Assembly (NCBI GenBank): GCA_963786955.1
Contig: CAWBAT010000004.1
Span: 96,001 to 160,000, forward strand
Reading direction: 5' to 3'
Source: an uncultured Acidimicrobiia bacterium
GTDB taxonomy: Bacteria; Acidobacteriota; Terriglobia; Versatilivoradales; Versatilivoraceae
Length of the DNA: 64,000 bases
In this document: positions 56,020-64,000 of the stretch, one piece after another
Position numbering within the stretch: position 1 is the stretch's first letter
How the letters are laid out: the number at the start of each line of letters is the position of its first letter
Position numbers and translations under genes: made by a program
Notes under the pieces: model-generated
Databases searched by the model: none
What the model was told of the DNA's origin: nothing
Seen by the model: the letters and a program-made list of their open reading frames with translations, nothing else

Positions 56020-56724
56020 TCAAGACATTGAAGGCGGCGTCTTTTTTCTCTGTGCTCTCTTCTCCAACTCGGTCCAAACGTCCTCGACTTCCAGCCCTTC
56101 GTTCACGAAGAGCACGAACAGGTGATAAAGGAGATCGGCTGATTCCAGGGCTAACTCTGCTTTGGACTTATTCTTAGCAGCGATAATGGTTTCGGCAGAT
56201 TCTTCTCCAATCTTCTTGAGAATCTTGTCTAACCCCTGGGTGAACAGATAGGTTGTGTAAGATCCTTCAGGCATTAGCTTTTTGCGATCTCTGATGACAC
56301 GCAGCAAACGTTCGACCACCTCTGAAAACACAGGACTTGCCGACTCTGATCCACGGGTCATGCTCACATTGGATTCTTTCTTAAGGAGTTGATGATGGAA
56401 ACAACTCTCCTGCCCGGTATGGCAGGCCGGGCCACGAGGTTCAACTGATAGAATTAAAGCATCCCCATCACAGTCCAATTCGATCTGGATAATTTTCTGG
56501 GTATTCCCGGAGGTCTCTCCTTTGTGCCACAGTTTTCCGCGGCTTCTGCTCCAGAAATACGTCTCCAGGTGCTGGAGCGAAAGTTCTAAGGCTTCGCGAT
56601 TCATATACGCCAAGGTTAAGACCTTGCCACTGGAACTATCTTGCACAATGGCAGGGATTAGCCCCTGATCATCAAACTTCAATTTTGAAATGATATCCGT
56701 TACATCGACTTTCGACATACTCAT
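56020..56724 (-). CDS. hisIE: Bifunctional phosphoribosyl-AMP cyclohydrolase / phosphoribosyl-ATP pyrophosphatase
   Basis: WSRSR..LW.KGETSG, DCD.D, ACHTG..SCF, KKIGEE. Confidence 0.96.
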   Translation of the reverse strand: MSMSKVDVTDIISKLKFDDQGLIPAIVQDSSSGKVLTLAYMNREALELSLQHLETYFWSRSRGKLWHKGETSGNTQKIIQIELDCDGDALILSVEPRGPACHTGQESCFHHQLLKKESNVSMTRGSESASPVFSEVVERLLRVIRDRKKLMPEGSYTTYLFTQGLDKILKKIGEESAETIIAAKNKSKAELALESADLLYHLFVLFVNEGLEVEDVWTELEKRAQRKKTPPSMS

Positions 56725-56778
56725 CGCCTAGCAGTGTTCCTAAACTGAATCCATCTTACCGCCACCGGTCCAGCGGAT

Positions 56779-57552
56779 TCAGCGCACGAGGACCCCTCGA
56801 TCTCTGAGATAGCTTTTGGTCTGACCGATGGTAAACGTTCCGAAATGGAAAATGGAGGCGGCTAAAGCTGCGCTGGCGCCTCCTACTGTCAATCCTTCAT
56901 AAATGTGCTCCAAATTCCCTACTCCTCCGGATGCGATCACAGGAATTTGCACTCTCGAAGTGATGGCGTTCAATAATTCCAAATCGTATCCGTCTTGGGT
57001 TCCATCCCGGTCCATACTGGTCAATAGAATTTCCCCCGCTCCCAATTTTTCCGCTTTTTCGGCCCATTCGAGGGTATCGATTCCCGTAGCAGTCCGGCCT
57101 CCATGGATGTAGACTTCCCAGCCCGGACTTTTAGAGCCAGGCAAGGGCGGCCGCCGTTTGGCATCAATCGCCAAGACAATGCATTGGGTCCCAAATTTCT
57201 CGGCACCTATCGTGATTAACTCAGGTTGGAGGACCGCCGCTGTATTTAATGAAACTTTGTCTGCCCCTGCTCTCAAAATTTCCCGGATATCTTCAGCCGT
57301 GCGAATCCCACCCCCCACTGTGAAAGGGATAAAAACACAGTCAGCCACGCGCCGGACCACTTCGACCATGATCTTTCGCGCATCTGAGGAAGCTGTAATA
57401 TCCAGAAAAACAAGTTCATCTGCGCCCGCCTGATCGTAGCGCCGAGCGCATTCAACAGGATCTCCAGCATCGATGAGATCGACGAAATTGACTCCTTTGA
57501 CCACCCGCCCGCGGTCAACGTCCAAACAGGGAATAACTCGTTTAGCCAGCAT
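56779..57552 (-). CDS. hisF: Imidazole glycerol phosphate synthase subunit HisF
   Basis: [33 protein letters not shown]. Confidence 0.98.
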   Translation of the reverse strand: MLAKRVIPCLDVDRGRVVKGVNFVDLIDAGDPVECARRYDQAGADELVFLDITASSDARKIMVEVVRRVADCVFIPFTVGGGIRTAEDIREILRAGADKVSLNTAAVLQPELITIGAEKFGTQCIVLAIDAKRRPPLPGSKSPGWEVYIHGGRTATGIDTLEWAEKAEKLGAGEILLTSMDRDGTQDGYDLELLNAITSRVQIPVIASGGVGNLEHIYEGLTVGGASAALAASIFHFGTFTIGQTKSYLRDRGVLVR

Positions 57553-57605
57553 GAATTCGCAATTTTATTGAAACGAAACTCCAAACACAATCTTATTCCT
57601 GACCA

Positions 57606-57780
57606 GGTCGTTATGCGTTAGTTATCGGGGGAATTTCTGGTAGGGCGCGCTCGCCGAGCGCGCCGCGGACGGCCCGGCGGTCCGTCCCTACCCACTCAGC
57701 CGCTACAGAAGCGACAATCTCTAATCGTCACCGAATGCCTTGCCCTTACAGATTTCCCCCCGCAACTAACGCATTACACC
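57606..57780. mobile_element. MITE-like element (about 33-bp imperfect TIR) enclosing a GTAG REP hairpin at 57639-57692
   Basis: GGTCGTTATGCGTTAGTTATCGGGGGAATTTCTG vs reverse complement GGTGTAATGCGTTAGTTGCGGGGGGAAATCTG; ACCAGG spans both junctions. Confidence 0.7.
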
Positions 57781-57784
57781 AGGT

Positions 57785-58507
57785 TCAAAGAGAAATCCGG
57801 ATCGCGTCCCCGAGTGAAAATTTCTCCTCGTAGAGGGCTTTTCCGACAATCACCCCCTCGACTCCACTCCGGCCTAAAGGTTTAAGGACACGAAGATCCT
57901 CCAAGGAGGAAACCCCGCCCGAGGCAATCACTTTAAGACCTGTCTCCTGCGCGAGTTGCTCGGTAACCATCCAATTGGGACCGCTCAGCATCCCGTCTCG
58001 GGAAATATCCGTATAGACAACTCTCTCTACACCGATCTGGACCAATGACTTTGCAAAGGTCAAAGCCTCTACCTTTTCAACCTGATTCCAGCCATGGGTG
58101 GCCAGCAGGCCGTCTCGCGCATCGAGCCCCACAACGATCCGATCGGAGTATTGTTCTACGGCTTTCTTCAGGAATTCAGGGTCGCGAAACGCGGCTGTGC
58201 CGATGACCACCCGCGAAGCACCTCCGCCCAGGATCTCATCGAGATCGGACTCGTTTCTCACTCCCCCGCCAAATTGAACCGGGATGGAAAGAGTTCGGAT
58301 GATGGCTTTCGCGATATGTCGATTCTCCGATGCATTCGACATGGCACTATCCAAATCCACCAAATGAAGCCAGGAAGCCCCTTCCCTTTGCCAACGAAGT
58401 GCCATCTCTACAGGATCATCCGAATAAATGGTTTCATCTTCTGCTCGGCCTTGTAGAAGCCGAACGCATTTGCCTCGACGCAAATCGATGGCGGGGAAAA
58501 TGATCAT
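57785..58507 (-). CDS. hisA: ProFAR isomerase
   Basis: PAIDLR.GKCVRL.QG, HLVDLD, TDISRDG, ASGG. Confidence 0.97.
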   Translation of the reverse strand: MIIFPAIDLRRGKCVRLLQGRAEDETIYSDDPVEMALRWQREGASWLHLVDLDSAMSNASENRHIAKAIIRTLSIPVQFGGGVRNESDLDEILGGGASRVVIGTAAFRDPEFLKKAVEQYSDRIVVGLDARDGLLATHGWNQVEKVEALTFAKSLVQIGVERVVYTDISRDGMLSGPNWMVTEQLAQETGLKVIASGGVSSLEDLRVLKPLGRSGVEGVIVGKALYEEKFSLGDAIRISL

Positions 58508-58741
58508 GTCTCAACCTCAAATATGAAGGAGTTCTAAAATCAAGCTTGTGGATGAGTAATCGCGGTCAACAGGGGCGGGAATGAACCGCCCAATGATGAA
58601 TGGTGGGACAGGGCTTGCGATGGTTCAGGCTCAAATCTAATCTCATAGTGGAACATCTTAACACAAAGCCGGGGGCGAAAAAAGTGGAAGCAAGGTCTCC
58701 GGTACTATGTTGCCATAATTCGCGGGAATGATCGTCAGCCG

Positions 58742-59413
58742 GAGTTGCGGCCGGGGTCGTTGCCCCATGGGTGCTAACTTTTCAAGTCTTTCCTCGTCTG
58801 CCGCCGGAAGAACGAAACGCCAAGAGCGCCAAGCACGCCTAGAAAAGAGGATACATTTTGGTTAGCCGTCTGATCTTATCCTACCCGTAGTTCTTCCGGA
58901 TGGTTTCTGGCTACCCGCTGGATGCCGTCGCGCAACAAAATCACGTTCCAATTGATGATCAACCCCAGAGACAAGCCGCTCAATTTCAAGTATGTCAGCA
59001 ACTGAGCGAGGTAGATGGGAAGAACTTTTTCGACCGTCTGGTTTTCCACCAACACCCACTGGTCGATTCGCATGTCGATGTGGTAACCCACCTCAATAAG
59101 CACCCCTTCAAACTCAAGCGAAACAACGACTTCGCATTCGACCCGGTGGCGACGCCTTTGGAGCTCTTGTGCCAGACAAGCCAGATAGGCCGATTCCAGC
59201 AGCCCGGGCCCTAAGGCGCGAGGCACCTTGAGTACAGCGTAACAATATCCTGAGCTACTTCGTCGGCGGTCATGAAGGCTCCTACTCTTGGCAAACTTTG
59301 GGTTCTTGGCGTTTCCCAATTCTGGGCCTCATCTGCTCAACCGAGGATCCCCGAATGAACCCATCATCCAAGCTTTGGTTAGCGCTTATGGGTCAATGAG
59401 CCCGGCTACAGCA
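58742..59413. mobile_element. Inverted-repeat-bounded insert carrying a GxxExxY pseudogene
   Basis: 58751-58778 vs reverse complement of 59378-59405 match 22/28; inner inverted 3x9-bp CGCCAAG arrays. Confidence 0.65.
58876..59273 (-). pseudogene. GxxExxY (PD-(D/E)xK-like) protein, frameshifted after codon 11
   Basis: AGGAG RBS + MTADEVAQDIV / AVLKV.RALGPGLLESAY..QLLTYLKLSG..LGL.IN. Confidence 0.82.
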
Positions 59414-59541
59414 CAAACTTCTGCAGCTCAGTACTAACTCGATTTCGGGCTCTGCCCCGGCCCGAGTAAGTAGAATGCACTTAGCGCTATCCGCAATGAG
59501 CGCTTTTGTTCCGCTGAAAAGAAAGTGCCCTGTATAGGCAC

Positions 59542-59937
59542 TTATTCTTTAAAGATTCCACCGACAATCAGGCCAGCCACGGCGCCTTCCGTCAGGCTCC
59601 CCAAAAACCAAACCAGTGCCATCAGATAAGGAATGGGCATAACGGAGTAGGTTCCGTAGCCCATGGAGACTCCGGCCCCAAGTCCCCACCATAATCCATA
59701 CCTCAGTCCGGTGGCAATGGACTTGTTTGAAATCATGCACCCATAGATCCAGGCGAAGGAAAAAGATGCGATCAAGACCGCCACGTGCATGACGTTCATC
59801 TTCATTTCATTCATCGGCCTCCAGAGATTGGCGGTGGCCTCGTAAGCAGACCTGAGAACGACCCCGTGAATCAGGAAATCCAGCACGGACCAAGCCACAA
59901 ACACAGCAATTACGGAAAGAATTGTTTTCTTTAGCAT
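59542..59937 (-). CDS. Hypothetical 4-TM membrane protein
   Basis: GGAG RBS; LDFLIHG..L...Y..TA.LWRP; hairpin AAGTGCC..GGCACTT at the stop. Confidence 0.75.
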   Translation of the reverse strand: MLKKTILSVIAVFVAWSVLDFLIHGVVLRSAYEATANLWRPMNEMKMNVMHVAVLIASFSFAWIYGCMISNKSIATGLRYGLWWGLGAGVSMGYGTYSVMPIPYLMALVWFLGSLTEGAVAGLIVGGIFKE

Positions 59938-60182
59938 ATCGCTCCTCCTATTGAATGTTGATCCACCCGGGACTAATTCCTGACACCCTTTGGAACGCGG
60001 GGACCTTGCTTTTACTAAACTGCTTGCCCGGCTTGGACTGGGCGACTCAGACTGTTTTGGCAAGTCGCTGATTATTTCATGACAGCCAACAATCCGAGAC
60101 TTTCGATCTCATTTTTTCTATGATTTCAGATGCAAGCGAATTATACCTGAGAAGGGAGCACCTAACAAAGAGGAGAAATAAT

Positions 60183-62335
60183 TGGTAGTGGGTCAGTTTC
60201 CGGATACGCCCTAATCCAACCATAGTCGGTGACGTGGCCACGAGAGACGGGTACGAGGAAGCGATTGTGATTTCGGTCATCCCGGCCTCGCCGTTGAAAG
60301 TGTGCTATCTGCCGTTGCCTCTGCGTATTGTTTCCTATAGTATCCGGCCACTAGGGTGATGTGAATTTCTGAGTCACCCTCCGTCAGGTCGTGAACATCT
60401 GAATTCCCAAAATCCTGACACCCAAATCAATGAGCGAAATCATCACATTCCAGCCCGTAGATTGGGTCATCATCCTGCTCTACGGGGCAGTCATCTTTAC
60501 CGTCGGTATCTTCGTTGTCCGCAAGCCGGCTACAGCGGAAGGCTATTTCCTGGCGGGCCGCAAGCTCCGCTGGCCGTTCATCGGGGCCTCGATGCTGGCC
60601 TCGAACATCTCGGCAGAGCATTTCGTCGGGCTGGCTGGCGGTGGTTATTTGATCGGAATGGCCATCGGCGCCGCGTATGAGTGGAGCGCGATATTCTGCC
60701 TGCTTCCACTGATCTTCGTCTTCCTCTCTTTTTACCTAAAGAACCGCATTTTCACCGTTCCCGAGTTCCTGGAGCTGCGATACGACGTCAGCGTGCGGCT
60801 GCTCCTTTCCTGGATCATGGTCATATTCTCCATTCTGACCAAGATTTCAATTTCGCTCTGGGCATCCGCGCTCGTGTTCAAGACGCTGTTCAACTGGGAC
60901 CCGGTGATCGTCATCTGGATCGTGGCCATCGTCACGGCCCTGTACACAATGAAGGGCGGCCTGACCACCGTGGTCTACACGGACGCCATCCAGACGGTGG
61001 TCCTCCTGGCCGGCGGGTGCGTCCTTACAACCCTCGGCTTGCAGAAAGTTGGCGGTATCGGAGCCCTCCACGCCAAGTTGCCTGCGGAACTCTTTCAGGC
61101 TTTCAAGCCGGCTTCAGACCCGAATATCCCCTGGACCGGTGCTGTTTTCGGTATTATGTGCCTCGGTGGGGCGTTCTACTGGTCCATGGACCAGGTGATT
61201 GTCCAGCGTGCCTTCGCGGCCAGAGACCTGAACGAAGGACGCAAAGGCGCGATTTTTGCCGGCGCTCTCAAGCTCCTGATCCCGTTAGTGCTTGTCGTGC
61301 CGGGAATGATCGCCAGGGCACTGTGGCCCGCCTTGCCACAAGCCGATCAAGCCTATCCGAAACTCCTTGGATCGGTGATGCCCCATGGTCTGCTCGGTCT
61401 CACTGTAGCCGGGCTCACCGCGGCCTTGATGGGCCACATGAGCGCCACATTCAATTCGATCTCAACCATGTTCACCCGTGACCTTTATCTGCGCTGGCGG
61501 CCGAATGCGGATCAAAAACGGCAGATCCTTGTGGGGAGGATCGTGGTTGCAGCAGTCGCCGTTCTGGGCGCTCTCTGGGCACCGGAAATCGGCAGATTCG
61601 GCTCACTCTGGGATTACCTCCAACAGGTGTCGATGGGCATCATTGTCCCGTTTGCAGGGGTCTTTTTTATCGGGGTCGCCTGGAAACGCATCACGACGAG
61701 AGGCGTCTGGGCCGGCACCCTGACCGGATTCGCCCTCGCGATCGTGCTGATGTCGGACCGGATTTGGACACACCTTTACAATCAGTCTCCGTTCCTGCCA
61801 TTCATGCACACCAAGTATCTGGAGCCCTGGCTGCACGGTGCGATCATCGAGTTCTTGATTAGCGTCTTCGTGATGATAGCTGTCAGCCTGGGCTCGACGC
61901 CGGAGCCAGCCGGGAAGCTGGCGACAACGACAATTTCGTGGGGTGCGTTGAGACCCCAAGCCAGTGCGGAACCAAAGCAACCGTTCCTGCAGGACTACAA
62001 GCCCTGGCTCATCCTCGTCCTGGCCACAGCGATACTCTGCTATGTCACTTTCTCGATTGGAATCATCTGATGTTTTGCCTTAGCAAATTTTAAATCCAAA
62101 TCACGAACGACACGAAACAGCGGGCGAGACGAGCCGGCTCACAATTCCCGAAATGGACAGGCCGCGGGAAATCACGGACCGCATCAATCAACTCTCGCAG
62201 AAAGTACCTTCAAAAAAACAACTTAAATTACAGTAACCAAGCTGGACAGCTGAGTGGCCGTGATCAGTGGGCTTCTTACCGATTCCCAAGCGGGCACTTG
62301 GTTGTGTAGCGTAACCGGAAACTGACCCACTACCA
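60183..62335. mobile_element. Non-autonomous TIR-bounded element carrying a sodium:solute symporter
   Basis: TGGTAGTGGGTCAGTTTCCGGATACGC vs reverse complement TGGTAGTGGGTCAGTTTCCGGTTACGC (26/27); no transposase inside. Confidence 0.78.
60430..62070 (+). CDS. Sodium:solute symporter (SSS/SLC5, SGLT-like)
   Basis: YFLAGR, ASNISAEH.VGLAG, YT.KGGL..VVYTDAIQ, DQVIVQR.FAA. Confidence 0.95.
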   Translation: MSEIITFQPVDWVIILLYGAVIFTVGIFVVRKPATAEGYFLAGRKLRWPFIGASMLASNISAEHFVGLAGGGYLIGMAIGAAYEWSAIFCLLPLIFVFLSFYLKNRIFTVPEFLELRYDVSVRLLLSWIMVIFSILTKISISLWASALVFKTLFNWDPVIVIWIVAIVTALYTMKGGLTTVVYTDAIQTVVLLAGGCVLTTLGLQKVGGIGALHAKLPAELFQAFKPASDPNIPWTGAVFGIMCLGGAFYWSMDQVIVQRAFAARDLNEGRKGAIFAGALKLLIPLVLVVPGMIARALWPALPQADQAYPKLLGSVMPHGLLGLTVAGLTAALMGHMSATFNSISTMFTRDLYLRWRPNADQKRQILVGRIVVAAVAVLGALWAPEIGRFGSLWDYLQQVSMGIIVPFAGVFFIGVAWKRITTRGVWAGTLTGFALAIVLMSDRIWTHLYNQSPFLPFMHTKYLEPWLHGAIIEFLISVFVMIAVSLGSTPEPAGKLATTTISWGALRPQASAEPKQPFLQDYKPWLILVLATAILCYVTFSIGII

Positions 62336-62366
62336 TACAAATCGTTGCCCAAGTGTGCAATGAGAC

Positions 62367-62966
62367 CTACATGTCTGCAAAATTCTTCAGGATCTGCAGA
62401 CCCACTTGCTGGCTCTTCTCCGGGTGGAATTGCGTGGCCCACACATTCTTACGGTTTGTAATGGCGGGGAACTCGATGCCGTAATCCGAGGTTGCCAAGA
62501 CATCGTCCTGATTTTGCGGACTGGCATAATAGGAATGAACAAAATAGACGAAACTGCCTTCTTCTATCCCCCTCAGCAGTGGGTCCGGGCGTTTAATATG
62601 AAGCTGATTCCATCCGATATGTGGGACCTTTAATCCCGCGGGGATGCGCACAACATTCCCCGGGATAAAATTAAGCCCGGAATGTTTCCCAAACTCCTCA
62701 CTTTCGCTGAACAGAAGCTGTAAGCCGAGGCAAAGCCCGAGCAGCGGCGTGCCGGCTTCCACTTTTTCGCGGATAACCCCGTCCAGATTCTTCGCCTTTA
62801 AGTTGCTCATGGCATCGGCAAAAGCCCCCACGCCAGGTAGAACCATCTTATCAGCCTTGCGTATCTCTTCCGGCGCATTCGTTGCCAACACATCGACCCC
62901 AAGACTTTGAAAGGCTTTCTCCACACTGCGCAGATTGTTAATCGCGTAGTCGATGATGGCAATCAT
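62367..62966 (-). CDS. hisH: Imidazole glycerol phosphate synthase subunit HisH
   Basis: IIDY..NN..SV, LPGVGAF, G.CLGLQLL, QFHPEKS. Confidence 0.97.
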   Translation of the reverse strand: MIAIIDYAINNLRSVEKAFQSLGVDVLATNAPEEIRKADKMVLPGVGAFADAMSNLKAKNLDGVIREKVEAGTPLLGLCLGLQLLFSESEEFGKHSGLNFIPGNVVRIPAGLKVPHIGWNQLHIKRPDPLLRGIEEGSFVYFVHSYYASPQNQDDVLATSDYGIEFPAITNRKNVWATQFHPEKSQQVGLQILKNFADM

Positions 62967-63559
62967 TAAAGAACCCCTTTAGTCGACGGAATTCCAACCA
63001 CCCGAGGATCTCGGGTTACGGCCATGCAAATGGCCCTGGCGGCTGACTTGAACATGGCTTCCACCATGTGATGCGAATTCTTACCGTAGAGGACCTCCAG
63101 ATGCAAGTTCATGCGGGCCTGTACGGCCATGGCTCGAAAGAATTCCTCAACCAATTCTGTATTCAGCTGACCCACCATCTCGGCGGGAAAATCGGCCCTA
63201 CAAACAATGTAGGCACGCCCTGAAAGATCGACCACGGCTCGACACAGGGCTTCGTCCATGGGAACATAGGCAACCCCGTAGCGGGATATGCCTTCCTTTT
63301 TGGCGAGTGCAACGTTAAGAGCTTCACCGAGAGCGATCCCAACATCTTCTACTGTGTGGTGCCCATCAACCTCAATATCACCCTTACACAGAATCTCCAA
63401 ATCGAACAGACCGTGCCGCGCAAAGAGAGTCAGCATGTGGTCGAAAAAATGGATCCCAGTGGAGATTTTGGACTCTCCTTTGCCGTCCAGGCCTAACCTG
63501 ACGGTGACATCGGTTTCTTTGGTCTTGCGAACGACTTCGCCCACTCGCGCATTAGCCAC
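62966..63559 (-). CDS. hisB: Imidazoleglycerol-phosphate dehydratase
   Basis: R.TKET, FFDHML, D.HHTVED, N.HH..EA.FK, PSTKGVL; GTG start after GGAGG. Confidence 0.97.
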   Translation of the reverse strand: MANARVGEVVRKTKETDVTVRLGLDGKGESKISTGIHFFDHMLTLFARHGLFDLEILCKGDIEVDGHHTVEDVGIALGEALNVALAKKEGISRYGVAYVPMDEALCRAVVDLSGRAYIVCRADFPAEMVGQLNTELVEEFFRAMAVQARMNLHLEVLYGKNSHHMVEAMFKSAARAICMAVTRDPRVVGIPSTKGVL

Positions 63560-63635
63560 GTTCTTCCTCCGTCTCTGCCCATTAATAGGGCTTTCTTTCA
63601 CCCTGAGCGTGTGAAAAGAATGGAAAACGCCGCGT

Positions 63636-63757
63636 GAGGTTGGGGCTTTGATAAAGCCCCAAGCCTACAATGATTTCTACGTGCTTATCATCATGTTGTA
63701 GGCATGAAGCATTCTCAATGCTTCATGCCCGACCCGGCGGAATTTCTTCACACTTTC
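63636..63757. repeat. Back-to-back GTAG-type REP hairpins
   Basis: TTGGGGCTTT..AAAGCCCCAAGCCTAC and GTAGGCATGAAGCAT..ATGCTTCATGCC. Confidence 0.75.
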
Positions 63758-63886
63758 CCTGTTTCATCAATGCCATTGATTCACAAACCGTTCCGATGGA
63801 TGCAGGTTGTCGGCTGGTTCATGACAATCTCCAGAAGGCCAGGCTGCATCCATGCCAAGACCTGGCAGATCCCTGCCGGAGGCAAT

Positions 63887-64000
63887 TCAAGAAAGGTCTT
63901 TCCCCGTTACAATCCGCCCCAGGGCTGCTAAGAAAGCATCATTCTCAGCCGGCGTCCCAATGCTGATCCGCAAAAACTGCGACAGCATCGGATAACGGCT
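63887..64000 (-). CDS. hisC: C-terminus of histidinol-phosphate aminotransferase (partial)
   Basis: SRYPMLSQFLRISIGTPAENDAFLAAL; directly upstream of hisB. Confidence 0.85.
   Translation of the reverse strand, partial: SRYPMLSQFLRISIGTPAENDAFLAALGRIVTGKDLS

Overview
Chromosomal segment of a probable Acidobacteriota bacterium (inferred from the EF-Tu 'KHNPK..RSFDSID' stretch and the Cys-rich RpoB N-terminal insertion). 1-20.7 kb (mostly minus strand): the right end of an IS1634-like element, three accessory genes, then the core gltX-rlmB-tRNA(Thr,Tyr,Gly,Thr)-tuf-rpmG-tRNA-Trp-secE-nusG-rplKAJL-rpoBC cluster. 21-37 kb: a chromosomal integron whose integrase has been cut to a 26-codon stump (KPKLLDQMREIFRTRHYNIRTEQ, not in the ORF track). 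It keeps a candidate attI and about 19 attC sites or remnants, which decay with distance from attI. The cassettes encode small enzymes and hypothetical proteins, several of them frameshifted, and the array fades into attC-less accessory genes up to about 43 kb. 43-64 kb (minus strand): mgtE, an acyl-CoA synthetase, a CoA-transferase pair and a long hisC-B-H-A-F-IE / trpEGDCFBA / chorismate mutase / DAHP synthase run. Several intergenic gaps hold transposase-free inserts bounded by inverted repeats. Their cargo is nested REP hairpins, a GxxExxY pseudogene with its own inverted 9-bp repeats, or an intact sodium:solute symporter. All calls come from reading the sequence by eye; no database searches were run.
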